From contig OZ249443.1 of the NCBI GenBank assembly GCA_965235115.1, positions 15,438,001 through 15,502,000 on the forward strand: DNA of 64,000 bases, in the 5' to 3' direction. Within the stretch, counting starts at the first letter, position 1; each line of letters begins with the position of its first letter. The stretch is from Laetmonice hystrix. Lineage: Eukaryota. The position numbers were made by a program, and so were the translations under genes. Positions 24,853-37,200 of this stretch are shown piece after piece. Under the pieces are notes generated by a model, which was not told where the DNA came from, did not search any database, and saw nothing but the letters and a program-made list of their open reading frames with translations.

Positions 24853-25602
24853 CTCGACTCGGTCGGGCAGGGCCGCCACACGACAGGTGTTGATCGAATT
24901 TTTCAGTTGCTGACTCACTTCGCTGTTGTTATGGTCCCTGTATGGAATCAGCCAAATTATAATGAATTCTAGAGTTATTACTATTATTAGATCACTCCGA
25001 TCAGCTGTTTTGAAATGCCAATCACGAAGTCACAGGTGTGAATTAACGCCGTCACAGAAAGTTGTTGCTGAATATCATAGACGTCGTCAAAGTCACTACC
25101 GCGGACGTAGGTAATCTTTGACTGGGATCTCGTGTGTGCAGTGGACCACAATCTCACACTTTCACGATACACATGTACAGTTGATGTACATGTAATCGTA
25201 GGCCTTTTGGAAAAATGAAAAAACAAAATATGTTGTCCTTTTTGTGGACATTATAATGATTGAATAACATGAATGGGATTTTTGCTAGTTCGCCTTATTG
25301 GATTATACCTTAAGCATGTGAAGGATTAATTGGATTAATCAGGGACCTGAAGGATGCATGGATTAAGAATGGATTTCCCTGACGCCGTCATACACCAGTA
25401 TGGATAAAGACTTCGGTGTGAGAATCGGACAACTTCGTTCTTCACCTTCCTGTTACTCACACAACACCACTCACGTGACATTGACACTTTGTAAAGTGCA
25501 CATTGTTCTACTCCTCTTTATTTTTTCATTCAGCCATTTATTTTATTATAACTTCACCTTACTACAACAGAGTGATTGTTCAATTGAAGCTATTTTTCAA
25601 TC

Positions 25603-26340
25603 ATGGCTTCATCAAAAAATGTTACTGAACTCCAGGATGCTGTTAATAACCTCCTCAACAGCCGAGAGCAGGCTGAGTTTGTGAGGACGCTTACCGAGTA
25701 TCGGTCAGGGGGGAGCGTCCAGGACTTCACATGCTCCCTAAAATATCTACTCGACACCCCTGCTAAAGGTCAGTTGGGGGTTTTACTCCGCAGGGTCATC
25801 CCTAAACGAGATTTACAGGTGTATGATACCTTCATAAAACCAGGAGTACATGAGGCCCCGGTACAAACCCAACCCAAGATGATTGCCTCGACTTCTAACA
25901 TGTCAAATGGATTCAGAACGAGCAGGACTTTGTCGAGATCGACAGGGAACTTGCACAAAGCAAACTCCACCATGAGTGCTCCCGTAACGTTATCCACACC
26001 ACACTACAGCACTCTGCCATCACGGACTGTTCACACTGTCATACGGCGACAACAAAGTGTCCCACAGGATCTCAATCAGATCGGTGGTCCAGGAGTATCA
26101 ACATGGGAGGCAGCTATCGTAGCACCCAGAACTAAAATAATTCACATTGAACATCCATCAAACCCAACCGAAAGCCTTGGATTCAGTATACGGGGAGGTG
26201 CTGAGCATGGCATTGGAATATACGTGTCGTATGTCGATGTGGATTCTTTAGCAGAGCGACATCGGTTAGTGCCAGGAGACCAAATTCTTTCTGTCAATGG
26301 AATACCGTTCAAGAAAATATTCCATGATGAAGCTGCTAAG
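25603..26340 (+). CDS. WHRN: Whirlin exon: harmonin-homology domain 1 + most of PDZ1
   Basis: ORF 25603-26385; donor AAG|GTGGGT; upstream acceptor at 25570 followed by an in-frame TGA. Confidence 0.95.
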
Positions 26341-29300
26341 GTGGGTGAAGTATTATTCATCTGTATTATAATTATAGATCTATAGATGACTGTTGAACAG
26401 CAGAAAATTTAATATCGTTGTTGATTTGTCCAATGATCATTCAATACAAATAGTCTGGTGAGGTCAGTAAGGTACCAGGGTAACTAAGGTTAGGGGGCTC
26501 TATGTTGGGAGGGATTGAACGTTTGTGTCAGATGATGCGACAAACCCGGTACACATTGGTTGAGACATGATTAATTCATGTTGTCAGTTATTGTGTGTGA
26601 AGGAACCGTGACCATGGACTGAGTAATGGGAAAACCCAACTACATACATACTAAAGTTAACAAATAACATGGGAATTATACTGAAAAAAAGTGTGAGGAC
26701 TTAAAAGTAAGTTGACTATGAAAATGTTTTTTTGACTGGACTGAACTGAACTGAGGACCTTCCCTTGAACCCAGAACCCCTACGTCCATGTCCAGGGCAG
26801 TGCCTTCCCTTCATCCCAGAACCCCCACGTCCATGTCCAGGGTGTGCCTTCCCTTCACCCCAGAACCCCCACGTCCATGTCCAGGGCAGTGCCTTCCCTT
26901 CATCCCAGAACCCCCACGTCCATGTCCAGGGTGTGCCTTCCCTTCATCCCAGAACCCCCACGTCCGTGTCCAGGGCAGTGCCTTCCCTTCATCCCAGAAC
27001 CCCCACGTCCATGTCCAGGGCAGTGCCTTCCCTTCATCCCAGAACCCCCACGTCTATGTCCAGGGCAGTGCCTTTCCTTCATCCCAGAACCCCCACGTCC
27101 AGGTCCAGGGCAGTGCCTTCCCTTCATTCCAGAACCCCCACGTCCATGTCCAGGGCAGTGCCTTCCCTTCACCCCAGAACCCCCACGTCCATGTCCAGGG
27201 CAGTGCCTTTCCTTCATCCCAGAACGTCCAAAGGAGACCGGCGCCTTCCCCTCATCCCAGAACTCCCACCCGTCCAGGCAGGTACACCCTTGTGCAGCCT
27301 CAATCATGTGACAGTCCAGGTGACCAGTTCGGAGTGGCCTAGTAATTGCAGGGATTGAAATTGTTGTGGATGGGGCTCACGCTGAGAGACTGGTAGTCAA
27401 TCAATAGGAGGGGTAATCCATCATATTGAGGTTCCTATGACAGGTCCTGACAAAGTAAACCTCAATAATATTGTGTTTATTGTTCAATTCTATATTTGGC
27501 TTTGTTTATGAATGCATGAATGTTTATGAATGTTTATGAATGCGATCTGAGTTGTACCGTTAATCGTCAGTAGAGGGGGACTTTCTGTCAGCTGATTATT
27601 TCATGGTTGATGTAAGCTGAACTTTCCCATACACAGTAAGAACAAAATTACTATGATCTGGAGGTGTCCGATCGACAAGATTATATTGTATATAGCAGGG
27701 TCTGCCCAAAGTATACCTATTCTATTGATAATATCCACAGTGTATATTGTATATAGCAGGGTCTGCCCAAAGTATACCTATTCTATTGATAATATCCACA
27801 GTTCCTCGAACCCCATGATTGTTGACTGAGCCATTTGTTGGCAGGTCGTGGTAAGGGCAAGTCGGTGCTGGTATATTACCTCATTACTTGGGCCGCCACT
27901 ATCATTACCCTGTTCAGTCAACTGTGACCCAAGTTATAACATGTATGGGCAGAGGCCTGAATAATAGGTTGTCCGTCTCCATCGGCAGTGGCATGGACCA
28001 GGAAAATCAGAGCTGAATTTAGGGAATTAGTGAAATTAAGGGTACAAGGAACATGTCAGATTCTTGGTCTTTTCTTGCCCGCCCGCGGCCACACTACGTA
28101 CCCCGTAACGCTAAAACGTCATCTTCTGCTTCCTAAAAATATTAAAACTTAAAGAAATATGATAATTATTTAACTCGTAATATTTACTCAACCACATTTG
28201 CCCTGCCCTCCACTTACTGAACACAGGTTCATACAACTAACCCTCCCCAACCCGGACCGCGGTGCCGCGTTATGTTATGTTTAATAGCCCCCTCCCTGGC
28301 ATCAACCCCAGGTCCAGTTACCGTGTCCCTATAATTGAATTACAGAGAGTTGACTGGCTTTTCCAATTTCATATCATATCTTGGCCTATATCATAGTTTT
28401 TTTTCACAGTTCATCATTATGGGAATGGCTGGTAGCCCTGTTGTGCACATCCCAACCTTTCTTGATTTCTTTTTGATTAACAGATGGAATACCGGTACAT
28501 GTATGGATACATGTTTGCAGAGGCGTAGAAAGCTATCTTCAGTTGGGGGGGGGGGGGGTGAGTCGGTAGGGTAAGCAAAAATGGTTATCAAAACAGAACA
28601 GACTAACAGGACAGAAATCTGCTTATATTACAGAAAAATTATGAAACCCTTTATTATTAATCGTCCGAAGACCTTAATATTTGAGGAGGAGGTCTAAAAC
28701 ATACTCTAGTCACCTACTTCTTTATTGGGGGGGGGGCGGGGGGCATGGCCCCCCCTTTCCCACTGGACACATGTATATTCTTATGGCAGGGCTGTGATAC
28801 CATATGGCACATGTATTACGTAATATATGACATCTAAATCAAGATGTGAAAAGGTCATCTAGGATCAAAGTGGCTCTGATCATTGTGCAGCCGTTTAGGT
28901 GCTATAATTTTGATTGCCGTTTTAGATTTTATCTTGTCCAAGTACCAGGACGGTAGTAAAAACATTGAAAGGTTCCATTAGCCAGCAGATGGCATTGATC
29001 AGTACAATATCTCCACGTTCAATTCATGATTAAAATAAAGGTCAGAAGATGAGGTGATGAAGTAGGTCGTTGCCACAGTAATCGTACAGATGGCGAAGTG
29101 GATCAATAAAAGTGCAGGTGTCGGAAATCGCCACTAGGGGGCAGTGGTGGTCGGGTCTGGCGCAGCACCTCGCTTTGAATAATTCATATGAAGTTCATAA
29201 CATGAAAAAGAAAATCATTTATTCATGCTCTGGTCGAGGTTGATTTCGCTTTTGTTATAATAAGGACGCGGCATGAAAAGACCCCCTTAGAAAACAGATT

Positions 29301-32300
29301 TAGCTTGGCATGATACCATCGGGTTTCCTTTATATAATGATATGGTAAACGTAGCATGTAGGCCCAAATACTCCTCAATATTCTGGAACCAGAGAAAAGT
29401 TGACCAGTATTGAAAAGATCCTCAGTTCCCATCATCTCCCATGGTAACCTCTATCAGTATTTTTACACCCTGACCCTACCCCTTTTTCGTCGGAACATTA
29501 CTATGGCATGGGCGGTAAAGGGGAGGGGGTCAGGGGTAGAATTTGCTAAAGGAGAGGGGGTTCGGCATAATTATTTCAGAAAGTTCTAGGGGGGATAAAA
29601 ACTGGTTGCCAAGGGGTGGGGGTGTTCAAACCGAGCTCCCCGATCCGCCACAGGAGAATCACCAAATCTGTAGGAATCGTCCGAGTTCAGTTGGGGTGGG
29701 TGTAGGTTGTGGGGTGATTAAGCTGGCTGTAATTGACATCAAGCTCAGGTTTCCGTACACACCCCACCCCAGGGGAAATAATCCCAACCACAATGTGTTC
29801 GTACCATGGAAACCACAATAAACATAGCCATTGTCCTGAACTTTGATCTCCGAGTTCAAACCTACGTCATGGTGTGTGTATACCTCGCCGGATGGTTTCA
29901 TCTAACTTGTAAACGGTGATCGGTTAACATCACCGGATGGTTTCATCTAACTTGTAAACAGGAATCGTTTAAAGGGGCATGCTATGAGGAAACGTTAAAA
30001 ATCGGTATTTCATAGAACTTTTGCTGTTTTCATAAAGAGATCCTTCATTAAAATTGCTTGGTAAACAAAGACAGACTTATCAGTTTTATTTTGCGTGAGA
30101 AATCGAAGTTTATTAAGCTCCCTTGCCCGCTTCTCTGCCGATTTCGTAAAATATTTTTTGGGTGGCATTCTGATGCCGGGCGATCGAGTGCCACTGCTGA
30201 ATTGTTTACAACTAAGCAAAACACGTGACTAAGCACATGCAGAGAGTGCACACACAGGATGTGACGCAGTATGCAATTACACGGGTTGATGGGAGGTTGT
30301 CCGCCAAATTATGGCGGGAGATGTGCTATCGGGAGAAATCTATAGGTTTGGTCGTATAGAACCTACTTGTGCTGCATACACAGCGAAAACACGTCGGAGG
30401 ACAAAATGCTGTGGTAGGATTATTTACTTGGATCCCTAGTACACGGTCATGTTGGATAATTGCCGGAAATCCTCAAAAACGTGTTTCATAGCATGCCCCT
30501 TTAACATCGTCGTATTACATCCATTTAAAACAATAATAATTTTAAAGTGGACTTTAAAAATATGACCTTTTCCCGCTTGTCTCTGTGCTGCCGGATAATT
30601 TCCCGCAGACCAGACAAGATGTTGTAAAGGCATCATCACCTCATTGAGATTAAACTAGTGGGATCTTAAAACATGCTGAAACAAATTGACTGCATGCTCT
30701 TCTCTTGAAGCAGCTCCCTGGTGACCAGAATTGCGTACTGTACAATGACCTCACGGGAGTCTAGACCGTCCCCGCTGAAATATTTTGGACAAATGTGAAG
30801 TCCTTTTTAAAACGTACGGTACTGGGAGCTGATAGTTGAAAGATTCGGTATAAGCACGAAACGTAGCGGGGTACTCAGTTCCCGTTCAAATCAGTGTGAC
30901 TTGAAGGCAATTGCTCAAAATAGAGTTAAAGTGATTATATTCGCGATCTGAGTTATTTGAATCGGTCTAGTTCTGTAAGCGCTTATGTTTTCTATATGCC
31001 TCACAGTCACAACCATTTGACTCCATTTTTCCCACCAGATCATCAAAACGTCGCGGCCCCTGGAGTTGGAGGTGAGGAATGTCGGGCGGGTTCCCGGTTC
31101 ATTCGAGACCCACCAAACATACTCTTGGGTGGACCCCCTGGGAAGGTCCGTGTCTCCACCCCCTGAGGTGGACCGGATCGGACGCTACGAGAACGCCGGC
31201 GAACGGAAGAGTGGACTCATGTTACTCAAGGACAGTGATGAGCGAAAGGTTGGTCAGAGAGGGGGGAAACAAATTATCAAAGTAGAATTCCGATTTCGAG
31301 ATTGAGTTAGACCCATTAAATCACGTAACATAAGAGCTCACATGGGTCACTCAAAGGTCAGCGAATATGTTTTTTCTCAAGGTCAAGGGGAAAACAGGAA
31401 ATTTAGATTTTCTAGCCAAATGTGAGGCGCATTGTCATGGCTAGGCCCTATGACAATTTCTCCTTGATATATGAATTGAGTAAAACACCAAGCTTTTATT
31501 CATTTTACATTAGACTATAACCTAAGAATTAGACCAATCGGGATCTGTTCCCCTTGATTATACATCTGCAAGAATTCCACAAATGTACTTTGCAGCAGAA
31601 GCTCTGGTATTTTGGCCTTGCTAAGAAGCCCAGTTGAAAGTTTAATATCCTTTATGCAAATCCCTTACCCCCAATGTAAATATGATATGTGCAAGCACTG
31701 TGTGAAACCCGTCAGAATGTACATAATGATGCAGATTAAATTGGACTATAGTGGTATTTGTTCGGTATTGTAGCGTGGCCTCTGTAAGGGTTCCACCATA
31801 CACTCCAGCGTTCAGCATAGCGTGGAGATGGGGTGTCAATAGAAGGGAGAAATCAATAAAAATGGGATCAATGTTTAATCAGCAAGTCATGTGATTGGGA
31901 CCTGTTGCTGTTCCTCGCCAGTTCAATATTACAGTAATCTTGCCTATCTTTATGGTTCAGTTCTGCGGTTCCAGGTGCTGTATGTTTAGGACAATTTACC
32001 GCTAATACTAGCAAGGAACCGTATAATACTCATTCCTTGGGACCTGCATGTAACATTCCCAGTTGTTCAGATGCCGTAGCTCAAATTATAGCTTCAATTG
32101 GTCGATTCGTTTCCCTATAAATTCTCCAAGATATGCTCTCACATTTAAAGAAAGACAGAGCTCAAATAATTTAAATGTTGAACAATTACAATTGTAAGCC
32201 ATTGACGTTCCCCACCACGTACCAAAAAATGAAAGAAAATATATCATTGTCCCTCTCGGCCCGAAGCGACTGAACCGAGGACATGCACAGAAAAGTAAAC

Positions 32301-34233
32301 TGCGGCCGGGTATATCCTTCTAGACTTTGTGTGTAGAGACATCCGTTGGACCTCACATGTGAAGATGTTGTTATATGTTTCAGGTCCACGTGGTCGTGAC
32401 AGACAACAAACCACTCGGGTTGATGATCCGAGGTGGGAATGAGTTTGGTCTCGGTATCTACGTCACGGCTGTAGATCGGCACTCGGTCGCTGAGAACGCA
32501 GGCCTCAAGGTTGGTCGTCCAACTACTTTGTCTACCTCGAAATAATCTCTATCTCACAATAAACTGTAACCTTTAATCTAACCAGCATTTACATTAAACC
32601 AAGGCCAGTTCTTTTCATTTCACACGCATTTCACACGCTTAGAATTTCTGAAATGATTATTCAAAGACAATATGAGGTTTCTTCTTCTTCTTTTTTCTTC
32701 TTTTTTCTTTTTTCTTTTTTGGTAGGGGGAGGGGTCTTATATACTTTATACATGCTGGAGATCTGCCCACTGTGAGAGACCTCCTTTTGACAATGATCGT
32801 GAAGTGTGTTAACTGACACGTTCCGTTCAGATTGCCCACTGGGAGAAACCTCCTTTTGACAATGATCGTGAAGTGTGTTAACTGACAAACATTCCGTTCA
32901 GATTGCCCACTGTGAGAGACCTCCTTTTGACAATGATCGTGAAGTGTGTTAACTGACAAACATTCTGTTCAGATTGCCCACTGTGAGAGACCTCCTGTTC
33001 ACAATGATCGTGAAGTGTGTTAACTGACAAACGTTCCGTTCAGATTGCCCACTGTGAGAGACCTCCTTTTGACAATGATCGTGAAGTGTGTTAACTGACA
33101 AACGTTCCGTTCAGAGCCCACTGTGAGAGACCTCCTTTTGACAATGATCGTGAAGTGTGTTAACTGACAAACGTTCCGTTCAGATTGCTCACTGTGAGAG
33201 ACCTCCGTTTGACAATGATCGTGAAGTGTGTTAACCTACAAACGTTCCGTTCAGAGCCCACTGTGAGAGACCTCCTGTTGACAATGATCGTGACGTGTGT
33301 TACAAACGTTCCTTTCAGATTGCCCACTGTGAGAGAACAATGATCATGACGTGTGTTACAAACGTTCCGTTCAGATTGCCCACTGTGAGAGACCTCCTGT
33401 TGACAATGATCGTGACGTGTGTTACAAACGTTCCGTTCAGATTGCCCACTGTGAGAGACCTCCTGTTGACAATGATCGTGACGTGTGTTACAAACGTTCC
33501 GTTCAGATTGCCCACTGTGAGAGACCTCACTGTTGATAATGATCGTGACGTGTGTTAACTGACAAACGTTCCGTTCAGATTGCCCACTGTGAGAGACCTC
33601 CGTTTGACAATGATCGTGAAGTGTGTTAACTGACAAACGTTCCGTTCAGATTGCCCACTGTGAGAGACCTCCGTTTGACAATGATCGTGAAGTGTGTTAA
33701 CTGACAAACGTTCCGTTCAGATTGCCCACTGTGAGAGACCTCACTGTTGACAATGATCGGGAAGTGTGTTAACTGACAAACGTTCCGTTCAGATTGCCCA
33801 CTGTGAGAGACCTCCTTTTGACAATGATCGTGACGTGTGTTGCAAACGTTCCGTTCAGATTGCCCACTGTGAGAGACCTCCGTTTGACAATGATCGTGAA
33901 GTGTGTTACAAACGTTCCGTTTCAGATTGGTGATCAGATTCTGGACGTGAACGGGCAGAGTTTTCTCGATGTCAGTCACACGGACGCAGTGAAAGCCATC
34001 AAGTGTTCCCGTCATATGATGATGACAATGAAAGATGTTGGAAAGTTACCGTTCGCCAGGACAACCTTCGATCATACCAAATGGGTTCCACATCAGTCCC
34101 TGCCCCGCAAAACGCTACCTCTCAAAACCTACAGGTAGGCATCAGGAATGGTGGGTCATCAGGGAGGGTAGAAAACAAGGGGCCTGGGTGAAGCCCTCCC
34201 GATAAAAAAACCAGAGAGACAGCGATGGTTCTG

Positions 34234-34264
<31 letters not shown>

Positions 34265-37200
34265 ATACACTGTACAACTTTTCTCTTTCCGGACATTCTA
34301 AAAGTAACTGGGTTACGCCTGATGCCCATGCATCTACAAAGAATCACGCATACAATATTCAGGATAGAGGATGACTTACTACAGACCACACTTGTTCCAG
34401 AGTGTAGTATTTCAACAATCATGGAGTGTAACGTAAAACCAATGACGATAATGAGTTATACATGAGTTCAGGATGAGGTATTTTTCCACTTTCAGCCCCA
34501 GTCTCAACGGGAACAGCACATTTAACCGCAGCGGTAACGTAGAGGTACGTTTTCACCTGTTCGCTCCGACACCTAATTAGCTGTCATATCATATTCAACG
34601 GGACATTATAGTTTATATCTTGCACTTATTGAAATGGTAGATATTTTGTTACAACTTCGTGCCTTACAAAACACATACTGGTAGTTTTGCTATTGTTTTT
34701 TTTCCAATTACACATGTAATTCAATACGTCTAATTTGTCGTGTAAAATGTATTTGCCTCTGCGGTACATTTATTGTAATAAATGTATACAATGAATGATA
34801 TATGAAGTGTACTGAGCTTGGACTTTTATTGGTCATTCGAAAATTCCAAACTGTTCACGTTTTTACACAGTTGTCAATTTTCGTTTACATCTGAAAACTT
34901 CATCATACTTGGCAGAAATTTCTTTTAGACGTAAATAAAAATTGGCGTGTAATAGTTTAGATGATGAATAATATTTCCAAAAGGAGTGAATATCTTCGGA
35001 ACTGTCATGTAATCAAGGAACCAATAAGACGGATGCTCAGCTTTTCTTTCTTTTAATTCATTGTCTTAAAAAGTAAATATCCCAGTACAACATTTAAAGT
35101 ACATCATAAAAGATATATTTGGAAAAGGTAAAGGAATTTATGTGAAGAAACAATTACAATGAATCCGACATAGATCACCAATAGAGTTTTGGCTGTCTTC
35201 GTTGATTCAGAACAGATTATGAGTTCATTGCATTATGCATGGGTCACATAATCATGAAGAATATGTGTGCCAGTGTTTTCCAGATATATTTTTATAATTG
35301 CTTTATGTACCCATTCCTCACATAATGGGGACCACTCTGGTTTTTGTCAACCAACGCAAATGTTCCAATAAACGCAGACCAATCTTTTCGAGTTAAAACA
35401 GAAAAGAAAACGACATCTTCCTGATACTCCTCGAACCAGAAAATGTTGTGTTTATTGAGAACAGTTGCGTGATTTCCTTTTTATTTGCCTACGGTTTGTT
35501 CGGTTAAAACACGATGCACACGATGTTCACTTTTTAGGGGTCTGTCTTCGACGACTCTGTCTCCATAATGACAGTGGACTCAGACGTTTCAGTCAGAGTA
35601 GGTGTCTTATTCTCTGTCATGGTAACCGTGGTGATGGGTGTCATGATAACCGTTCTGACGCTTGTCATGGTGACGGGTGTCATGGAAACCATTGTAACGG
35701 TTGTCATGGCAACTGTGGTCATTTGTGTCATGGTATCCGTTGTGTCTCACACTTGTCATGGTAACCGTGGTGATGGGTGTCATGGTAACCATAGAAACGG
35801 TTGTCATGGTGACCGTAGTGATGGGTGCCATGGTAACCATAGTAACGGTTGTCATGGTAACCGTAGTGATGGGTGTCATGGTAACCATTGTAACGGTTGT
35901 CATGACAACCGTGGTGAAGGGCGCTAACCAGCCTCGGCGATTTGATGTTTGTTCTTGATGTTTCTTTTTACGTTTACGCTTTTTTACTAACTTTGAAGAA
36001 CTTTATATCATCGCAATTTTCAATGCCAAGTGAAGCAGTTAACCCTATATTTCAGAGTCGGTTAAGAACAAAGCCAAAAAGGCATTAAAGTTTTAGCGAA
36101 AAGTTCTTCAATAATGTTTTCTCTCATAACTAGAAAATAACGAAGACTGTTAACGTATCTGCTTCGAATTTTCTCCTTTTTTTAAATATATATTTTTTCT
36201 TTTTACACTTTTGTATTCCTGTTAGAAACCTAACGTCCGAAAGACCCTTCGTGAATCTATGCTTTTGTTTTCTGATTGGCTGGGCTCTGCATAGCCAATC
36301 ACAGTAAGCATGGGTAGAATAATGATCTACGACGAGTCGTAAATACTGTCGCTGGCAATGGTGTTGCTTCTAATTACGTTACTACATGGACAGGCATGGT
36401 GGGGGCGTGCAAGACCATTTACGGTCTGTCCATGAGTATAATTGAAGTAGGGGTGCCTACGGGGGATGTGCCCCCTTAAGGAATATTGCACTTTATTGGA
36501 TTGTGTGCTAACAATTGTTATGGGATACTAACCGATGGCTGGTGTGTTTCTCTGTTGATTTTCCAGCCTCTTAAGGTATTTACTGGCTCATATTAACATT
36601 TCAAGCAGAATCACTTGCAATTAGATGTAATTGCTCCCGTTATGAATCTCACTCGTATTAATTAAGAAACAATGGGTGTGTGATTAGTGTAAGGTTTAGA
36701 TTGAAGGCACTAACGGTTACAGTTCATGTGAACACGGTAACTGGAATGTAGTGTGCCTGTAAGAACTTTCACTAACGAAATACTTTCGAAACGGTAAGAG
36801 ACTATTTCACTTAACCTTTGAACACTCACTCAAATCCTTCCATGTTTGTATTTGTCCCCAGTGTTTGATAAAGTATGACCTTAAGACGGAGGTTGGGGTC
36901 AGGGATTAGAATTTGGTATGGGGCTGTAACTATTGATAGATTTTCAGTTCCTACCACCAAATCTTTATACAGTTTGACAGACAGAAGAAAGCGGTGAATT
37001 TCTTCGCCATTCGATTCGTATCCTCCTCTCCACGGGTCATATTTTATGAAAACAGTGTAACAAATAAACCTGACATGTTAGCAGTGTTCCATTAATCCGC
37101 CCGGTCATAAGGTCATCCTGGTATTGATGAGCACTTATTTGGATCAGTAATTGGTTCGTCCCGGTATTTTATGATTTCATAGAAGCATTGACCACCATGT

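Noticed and set aside
26765-27358. Pro-rich ORFs of 135-197 aa
   Set aside because: Artefacts of the 45-bp array. A possible 21-nt exon at 27261-27281 would interrupt PDZ1, so it was not accepted.
35465-35958. Met/Thr/Val- and Cys/His/Gly-rich ORFs resembling mucin or metal-binding proteins
   Set aside because: Open in most frames because of the X-box repeat; intronic, with no splice support.
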